A DNA stretch of 62,997 nucleotides, counting the filler, from Octopus bimaculoides (lineage: Eukaryota): assembly GCF_001194135.2 (NCBI RefSeq). It is 9 parts of 8 records of this genome, joined end to end, with 100 filler letters (N's around TTAATTAATTAA, not from the genome) between each part and the next. Parts side by side here need not be neighbours in the genome. Positions count along the whole stretch, not along the records: positions 49,739 to 56,282 come from NC_068999.1; positions 56,383 to 62,997 come from NC_068987.1; 7 more parts are not named here. The stretch is one strand, 5' to 3'. This document shows, one piece after another, positions 55,236 through 62,997 of this stretch. The position numbers and the translations under genes are program-made. How positions within the stretch are numbered: position 1 is the stretch's first letter; each line of letters opens with the position of its first letter. The notes under the pieces were generated by a model. It had not been told where the DNA came from. It saw nothing but the letters and a program-made list of their open reading frames with translations, and searched no databases.

Positions 55236-56985
55236 ATAGATGAATTTTCCTTGGAAAATGCCTCTTCTTTCTTACAAGGAGACTAAAATTAAATTCAAAG
55301 AACAAATATGAAGAATGAGGAAGAAATAAGTTATGATGGAATCAAGTAGGCTTTTATATGGATATTCTTTCAGATCTAGATTTTTTTCAAGAAGCCATAG
55401 TAAGAGTAAAGTGAGCATTGCAGAAGAGGGAGGTGGTACCTGACATACCACTTAAGTATGAAGTGATTTTTGACACACACACCATTGTAATTCTTAGGGA
55501 AATTGAAAATCTGGACAAATATGTATTTCTAGCATGTAATTTTTAAAAAATGCAAACACAATATTTGTTTCAAATTAAATAAATAAATTTTGAAATAATA
55601 ACATTGTGGAATACAGACATTTTCAATGAATCTCTGATACTTACGAATTCAATTATTGTCAGATACCTTAAAGAAATAAAATAGTTTGAAAAATGTATTA
55701 TGTAAAGAGGAGATATTTTCATTGTTGTTTTGTTTCTGCAGTGTCTACNNNNNNNNNNTATCATCATCATCATCATCATTATTGTTTAAAGTCTACTTTC
55801 TATGATGGCATAGTTTGACATGGAGCTGGCTGGCAGGGGTCATTCAGACTCTGATTGTCTGTTGTGGCATGGGCTCTACTGCTGGATGCCCTTCCTAATG
55901 CCAACCACCAAACAGAGTGTGCTGGGTGCATTTATGCAAAATTAACATGATGTGTGTGTGTATATATATATATATTTATGGTAAGAATTTGTTAAATCCG
56001 AAACTAGTTCCTGTTTAATAATGCTTGTTTAGGTGATTTTAAATGTCTTGCCCGCTCACGTTTATGGTATGCTGCTATATTTCATGTTGAGAACAATTTA
56101 GGTTTTAATAGACACAAGATGTGATCTATTTCTAGCGCATCAATTGTCCACGCTAGTGGTCGACGTTATTTTTTAAAATGTACCTTAATCCCCTGAGATT
56201 GCAGATAATATTTCTGAATCTCTTTGATTCTTTAGATGTGCTGGCCTACTGATAATAAATCGATATTAATTAATATATGACTNNNNNNNNNNNNNNNNNN
56301 NNNNNNNNNNNNNNNNNNNNNNNNNNTTAATTAATTAANNNNNNNNNNNNNNNNNNNNNNNNNNNNNNNNNNNNNNNNNNNNTACACAAATTAAACCTGT
56401 GCCATGGAGGAATGTAGTGGCGGACAAAAAACAAGACAGGAAAACAAACGGAAAAGAAAACAAGACAGGAAAACAAGCGGAAAAGGCTGTGCAGCCAGAC
56501 GTGAAAAATTATGTGTATATGAACGCAGTGAGGCACGAACTGAAAAAGACGGGACGAAGTAAGTTCGCGTGTTTGCTCGGCGATAGCCAAGGAAGAAAAC
56601 GATTAGTGACCGGAAGCATGTGACCAAACAGGGGTAAGGGTGAGAGAAAGAGAGTGGTAGAGGGAGAAACAAAGGGAGGAGGTAGAAGAATAGGTGAGCA
56701 ACGAAAGAAAGAAATGAAATAGTAGTAACAGAAGGAAGAACGAGAGGGGAAAGTGAGAGATATAGTAGTAACAGAAGGAAGAACGAGAGGGGTAAAGAGA
56801 GATACGTAGTAGTAACAGAGGAAGAACAAGAGGGGGGAAAATGATAGAGAAAGAGATAGAGTCGCGTCAGAAAATATAAAGTTGAAAATTACTTACAACT
56901 GAGATGACGCAGGCGTTCGATCATGTAAAACAATAATAAATGAGTATATGCATATATATACATATGTATATATATATAGATATGT

Positions 56986-58808
56986 ATAGCTGCAGGAGAA
57001 ATACCTAGCCAAAGATAAACCTCTGTACCTGGCTTTCGTTGACATGGAGAAAGCCTTTGACAGGGTCCCCCGATCCCTTATCTGGTGGTCAATGAGGAAA
57101 CTAGGGATAGATGAATGGTTAGTGAGAGCTGTGTGAGCCATGTACAGGTACGCCATCAGTAAGGTGATCGTTTGCAACAAGTACAGTGAAGAATTCCGGG
57201 TAGAGGTAGGGGTCCACCAAGGTTCAATCCTCATCCCCCTCCTATTTATCATAGTCCTCCAGGCAATAACTGAGGAATTCAAGACACATAAGAGGTGCAG
57301 CAATATCAAAGGAAGGCTAACTAGGAAGATAGTTTTGTATGTGGCAGATGCTCATGAGCAATAAACACTGAAAATGTGCAGAGAACATCTTGTGTCACAT
57401 TCCAGGGAGAAAAACTAGAAGTAGTTGATAGCTTCCGTTACCTAGGTGACGAAGTCAGTAGCAGGGGGGGGGGGGNNNNNNNNNNNNNNNNNNNNNNNNN
57501 NNNNNNNNNNNNNNNNNNNNNNNNNNNNNNNNNNNNNNNNNNNNNNNNNNNNNNNNNNNNNNNNNNNNNNNNNNNNNNNNNNNNNNNNNNNNNNNNNNNN
57601 NNNNNNNNNNNNNNNNNNNNNNNNNNNNNNNNNNNNNNNNNNNNNNNNNNNNNNNNNNNNNNGGGGGGGGGTGCACTGAAAGTGTAGCTGCTAGAATAAG
57701 AATAGCATGGGAAAAGTTCAGAGAGCTCTTACCTCTCACGGTGACAAAGGGCCTCTCGCTCAGAGTAAAAGCAGACTGTATGACGCATGTGTACGAACAG
57801 CCATGCTACATGGCAGTGAAATATGGGCCGTGACTGCTTAGGACATGCGTAAGCTCGCAAGGAATGAAGCCAGTATGCTCTGACGGATGTGTAATGTCAG
57901 TATGCATACTCGACAGAGTGTAAGTACCTTGAGAGAAAAGTTGGACCTAAGAAGCATCAGTTGTGGTGTGCAAGAGAGACAATTGTGCTGGTATGGTCAT
58001 GTGGATGAGGGTAGCTGTGTGAAAAAGTGCTACACCCTAGCCGTTGAGGGAACCTGTGGAAGAGGCAGACCCAGGAAGACCTGGGATGAGGTGGTGAAGC
58101 ACGACCTTCAAACATTAGGCCTCACCGAGGCAATGACTAGTGACTGAGACCTTTGAAAATATGCTGTGCGTGAGAAAACCTGGCAAGACAAATGAGACCG
58201 TAACCTGTGGCCTTTACCAGGGGTGTAGCCAGCCCATTTATGCGTATCTTTCTTTCTTTGAACACAAAACTCTTCTTGTGAAGGCCTGTAATTGAAATCG
58301 AAGTCGAATTTGGAATTGAACCAAATTCGACGACTGGCACCCATGCCAACCTTCCTTCATTGGATACTAAACTCTGCTTCGAAGACCTGTTGGGGCAAGT
58401 GAAATCGAAATTGAACCAAATTCGATGACTGGCACCCGTGCCAGTGGAGCGCTAACAACTCCATCCGAGTGGGATCACTGCCAGTGCAGCTGTCTGGCTT
58501 CCGTGCTGGTAGCACGTAAAAAGCACCATTCGAGCGTGATCGTTACCAGCGTCACCTTACTGGCATTTGTGCCGGTGGCACATGAACAAAACATTCGTGT
58601 GAGGTCGTTGCCAGTGCTGCTGGACTGATTCCTGTGCAGGTGACACATAAAAAACACCATCCGAGCGTGACTGTTGCCAGTACCACCAGACTGGCCCTCG
58701 TGCCGGTGGCACGTAAAAGTACCCATTACACTCTCGGAGTGGTTGGCGTTAGGAAGAGCATCCAGCTGTAGAAATTCTGCCAGCTCAGATTGGATGATAA
58801 TGATGACA
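56986..58808 (+). mobile_element. 5'-truncated RTE-clade LINE (RT remnant, 3' UTR, ATG/GAT tail)
   Basis: LQEKYLAKDKPLYLAFVDMEKAFDRVP; GVHQGSILIPLLFIIVL; FRYLGD; WYGHV; RGRPRKTW; central RT region deleted; contains stops. Confidence 0.9.
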
Positions 58809-58832
58809 CACACACACACACACACACACATA

Positions 58833-59855
58833 CATGCAGGAAGTAAATAGACACCTTTAATTTTCAAAATCGGTTATTTAATACACAACGCGAACAATTG
58901 AAATGTAATCGATAGGTAGGACTACATACTTTAGTATTTAGTTGACATTTCCTTTGCAGTTTTTAATTCAAAAACTCTTTTTGGCACTCAACTGATGAGC
59001 TTTGTGATTGTCACTTGTGGAATTTCTGCCCAATTTTCATGCAACAATCGAAACAATTCATCTTTTGATTTAGGTTTCTGTTGAGTTTTTCGTATAGCCC
59101 TGTCTAGTATACTCCAAAGATTTTCAATTGGGTTCATGTCTTGAAATTGGCTTGGCCAAGGAAGCTTTTTGATCCCATTTTCAGTCAGCCATTGTTGATT
59201 TCTTTTCGTTGTGTGGCATGGAGCCCCATCTTCCATGAATAAAAACTCATTTTTCGTTATGTTATCATGTGAATACATCGGAAGTATTCCTTGCTTAAGT
59301 GTTTCGATGTATTTTTCAGAGTTTATGGTTCCAACACATTTGATCAACTCAGAACAACGATTGCTGATGAAAGCTCCCCATACCATTACAGAGATACCGC
59401 CATGTTTCACAGTTAGTTGGAGTCGTTTCAAATCAAATTCTTGATCCAAAGACGTCCACTGTCTGGTAATAATGCAAATCTGGATTCATCTGAGAAAATC
59501 ACTCTATCCCAAAATGAACTGGATTTTTCTGACATCTCCTTAGCTAATTTCTTTCTTTTCATGATATTAATTGGTTGAAAGAGAGGTTTTCTTCTAGCTG
59601 CTCGTCCATAATACCCAAGCTTATGCGGATTTGTAATACGTTCTTGGACTAACTTCTAGCTGTTTTGCAATGTCATAGACCTTCGTTTTCCACAATTCTC
59701 TTCAAACAGCGAAGCTTCCTTTCTGAGGTCGGCCTGGACGAGAATCTGTTGCTTCTTTTCCTTGGCTTTTGAATTAACAGTAGCAAGAGGAATTTGAAAA
59801 TTTTTGGCAATTTTTCGCTGGCTCAGACCAGCCTCAGATTGCCTTAGACTGCCTA
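58833..59855 (-). mobile_element. Tc1/mariner DD34E transposon remnant lacking its 5' end
   Basis: GLSQRKIAK HTH-like segment, RPGRP, WDRVIFSDES, TVKHGG..VMVWG, MEDGAPCH-34 aa-NPIENLW; TA-flanked terminus at 58831. Confidence 0.92.
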
Positions 59856-61605
59856 TTGAATGCTTTAGACTACTCTAAATTCACCAGTTCCCCACCTTTG
59901 CCAGAAATTTTACCCACCCGCTCTATAGTGTAGCGTATGAGAAGAATGTTGTCATGTATTGTCCTGCCTGGGATGGCAATTGTCTGTTCCTCGTCCACCA
60001 GGTCGCCCACAAGCCTCACTCTCTTGGCTAACACCTTGGCCAAAATCTTTAATTCTGTGTTTAGCAGAGTTATGGGCCTAAAGTTATTAATGTCNNNNNN
60101 NNNNNNNNNNNNNNNNNNNNNNNNNNNNNNNNNNNNNNNNNNNNNNNNNNNNNNNNNNNNNNNNNNNNNNNNNNNNNNNNNNNNNNNNNNNNNNNNNNNN
60201 NNNNNNNNNNNNNNNNNNNNNNNNNNNNNNNNNNNNNNNNNNNNNNNNNNNNNNNNNNNNNNNNNNNNNNNNNNNNNNNNNNNNNNNNNNNNNNNNNNNN
60301 NNNNNNNNNNNNNNNNNNNNNNNNNNNNNNNNNNNNNATGGTCTAGCGCCATCCCCTCCCGAACTCCGCAGAGAAATGCTCCTGAAAGGCCTTACACATC
60401 TCTTCCTGTCCGTCGATCTCCTGTCCGTCGATCTCCTGTCCGTCGATCTCCTGTCCTTGTTCATTTACCACAGACCTTATCGTAGCATCTACGCCACGTT
60501 GGGTTTCTACCAAGCGAGCGCATCCGGCAATGCTGATACCCTTGTGACCCAGTGCACTTACTTTTGCCCGGACCCTGCAACCTTCGTGTTTGGTATTGAG
60601 GTGTGGGTCCAAGACCGATCTCGCCGCCATAACTTGGGGTGCAGAGCCCACTCTCAACGCCTCTTCTAACGCCTTAACTAGAGACCCTTCTACTCTAGCC
60701 TGCTCTAGACTGAACTGTTTGCTAAATCTAATAGACTCAAGTCGAATGACTCTTTTGAGGTCAACCCACCACCGGTTATTCAACACAGTACCAGCGAGTG
60801 CTCTCATGACTAACTCCTTAATCCGGTTACGGTATGTTTTGCAAGCCAATAGGGTCTTGTTCAACTTCCAGTAACCAGATTCCTGTCTATAGGCTTTATC
60901 TATATGTACCCTACACGTCACTAATTTGTGATCCGTATAAGGTATATAAGTAAATTGTGGACAGCTAAAGGTGGACCTATCTCTGGTATTCACTACTATC
61001 CTGTCTATATAAGACCTGCAAGATCCGTCGTTATTACTCCAAGTCCACATTTGAATGCTCGGATTCTCGAGTCTGAATCGATCCGCCAGCCTAAATTGCT
61101 TCACCAGATCAATGAGGCGTGAGTTACTTTTTCTATCGGTCGAACCAACGTTGTCCAGGCATGCATCCAGAACAGCGCTAAAGTCTCCTAACATTACTAT
61201 CATCCTTGACGTCACAAGAAATTTCTTCAGGCGTCGATAGAACTCATTTCATTTGCCCACTGTGCAAAGCGCATAAATATCTATAAACCTGAAGGTCTTA
61301 CCACTGAAAGTCAGATCCAGAACGACCGAATTACCTTCTGAGTCTACAAAGACTGCGTGTGTCTGCAGAGCTAAGCTTTTTCGGATCAAAACCACAACGC
61401 CACCCGCTCCCCCTGTCCGACTAGGAGACATGATTTTCTCATAGTCTTTCAGGAGGTTTGAGAAGGCCTGCAGCTTGTCCAACTTGGTCTCAGTAGCAAC
61501 CATAATATCAATTTTATGTGACCTGAGGTCGTCGAGGAAACAAGCTTGCTTCCACTTCGAACTCAGGCCACACACATTTAGACAACCTACACATAGCGTA
61601 GCCAT
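59856..61605 (-). pseudogene. Tx1/L1-clade LINE ORF2 (APE endonuclease + partial RT), disrupted
   Basis: GCLNVCGL, ATETKL, GDFSAVLD, SYIDRI, TDHKLV, GYWKLN, NFRPITLLNTELKILAK, NLE*SKAF; frameshift near 61245. Confidence 0.9.
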
Positions 61606-62157
61606 GACAAAAACGTGAAAAGAAGGAAATCTACTTACATTTTAGTCTAGGGGTATCATTCTCAGCACTGGTGCGGGNNNNNNNNNNNNNNNNNNNNNNN
61701 NNNNNNNNNNNNNNNNNNNNNNNNNNNNNNNNNNNNNNNNNNNNNNNNNNNNNNNNNNNNNNNNNNNNNNNNNNNNNNNNNNNNNNNNNNNNNNNNNNNN
61801 NNNNNNNNNNNNNNNNNNNNNNNNNNNNNNNNNNNNNNNNNNNNNNNNNNNNNNNNNNNNNNNNNNNNNNNNNNNNNNNNNNNNNNNNNNNNNNNNNNNN
61901 NNNNNNNNNNNNNNNNNNNNNNNNNNNNNNNNNNNNNNNNNNNNNNNNNNNNNNNNNNNNNNNNNNNNNNNNNNNNNNNNNNNNNNNNNNNNNNNNNNNN
62001 NNNNNNNNNNNNNNNNNNNNTAGGGATCTTAGCAATGCTATTGGAATTTTTACTGTTATTCGCTTGGTATATTTTGCTGTGTAAGTGGGGTTTAATTACC
62101 CCTATCATTGAGTTATTGGCGTTCTTGAATACCACTGTGGTCATTTCCTTTTTGGGC

Positions 62158-62997
62158 TTAGGTTTGTCTATTTTTATCGTCATAAATGTTTTCTCTTTTT
62201 ATTGTTTTTTTTTTCCTCCGGGTTACTACTTTTTTTCTTTCTTTGGTTTTCGGAGCTGCCTCTTTAGTAGGCGACTCCACTGCTTTCTTTCGCCTTTTTC
62301 GCGACACCGTCTCGAAGTCCATTCCTTCTACTGACGGTGTCGCTTCGACTGGTTTTTCGATTTGTTCTGAGTCAGTGACAGCCTTCTGTGTAATAGCCTC
62401 CGTGGCTGAGGGTGCCTCCTCTTCTACATTTTCTTTCTGTTCCTTCTCTTGTGCTTCTTGTTCCTTCTGCTGTGCTTTTTTCTGTTGGGGGCAATTCGTC
62501 CTCTGGTGCCCCATTTTCCCGCATTTGAAGCACCAGGGCTTCCTTCCCTCTACATGCACAGCTAATATGGTGTCTTCACCAATGCATATTTTTTTCTGGT
62601 AATTTTTCCAGGTCCATTGTTGTTGCCTAGGCCAAGATCTCCAGAGTTTGCCCTCACCAATTTCGTGGGGCGTCTCTGGAGATCTGTATCATAGTTATTT
62701 TCTCCTCTCTCCCGTGGCAATTATCCACGCAATCTCAATCTCCGGTGGGATATTTTAAATCTTAATCCGGGACGTTCTACGTCCCAGATATAGCGGTAGT
62801 AACATAATGCTACCACTTTACAAGGTTCGAGTTGATAATTCTTTTGCCTTCTCGGCTGACTCAAATCTCGCTTCCACAGTCGCAAATTTAGTACCTCGGG
62901 TCAGGTATTTTATCTGGCCTAACACTGGCCCAAGGCACTTTTCTACTGTACTTTCTTCGAAGTATTCAAATCTCTTTTTCTCACAATCATATGTTAT
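62158..62997 (-). pseudogene. Tx1/L1-clade LINE ORF1 (gag-like, CCHC zinc knuckle)
   Basis: CFKCGKMGHQRTNC (CX2CX4HX4C) followed by a K/E-rich tail; upstream part contains stops; directly 5' of ORF2. Confidence 0.85.

Overview
Eukaryotic, AT-rich, repeat-dominated DNA, most likely octopod cephalopod (inferred from the SINE/LINE families and the very dense AT/AC/AAT/GAT/GATA microsatellites). It is not one contiguous locus: eight identical 100-bp spacers (44 N + TTAATTAATTAA + 44 N) split it into nine segments, and many other N gaps occur. No intact host gene is supportable, and most ORF-track entries are translated microsatellites or gaps. The recognisable content is decayed mobile DNA: Penelope-like elements (PLE; RT and GIY-YIG remnants), a Tx1/L1-clade LINE, RTE, CR1-like and REL-endonuclease LINE fragments, Tc1/mariner and pogo/Tigger remnants, a hAT MITE and tRNA-derived SINEs. 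The most interesting signal is a set of about eight diverse minimal type-I hammerhead-ribozyme-like motifs with palindromic stem III. They include a U3:A8 covariant, a head-to-head pair inside a palindrome, and copies in short microsatellite-flanked elements without an ORF. All ribozyme calls are manual folds and are untested.
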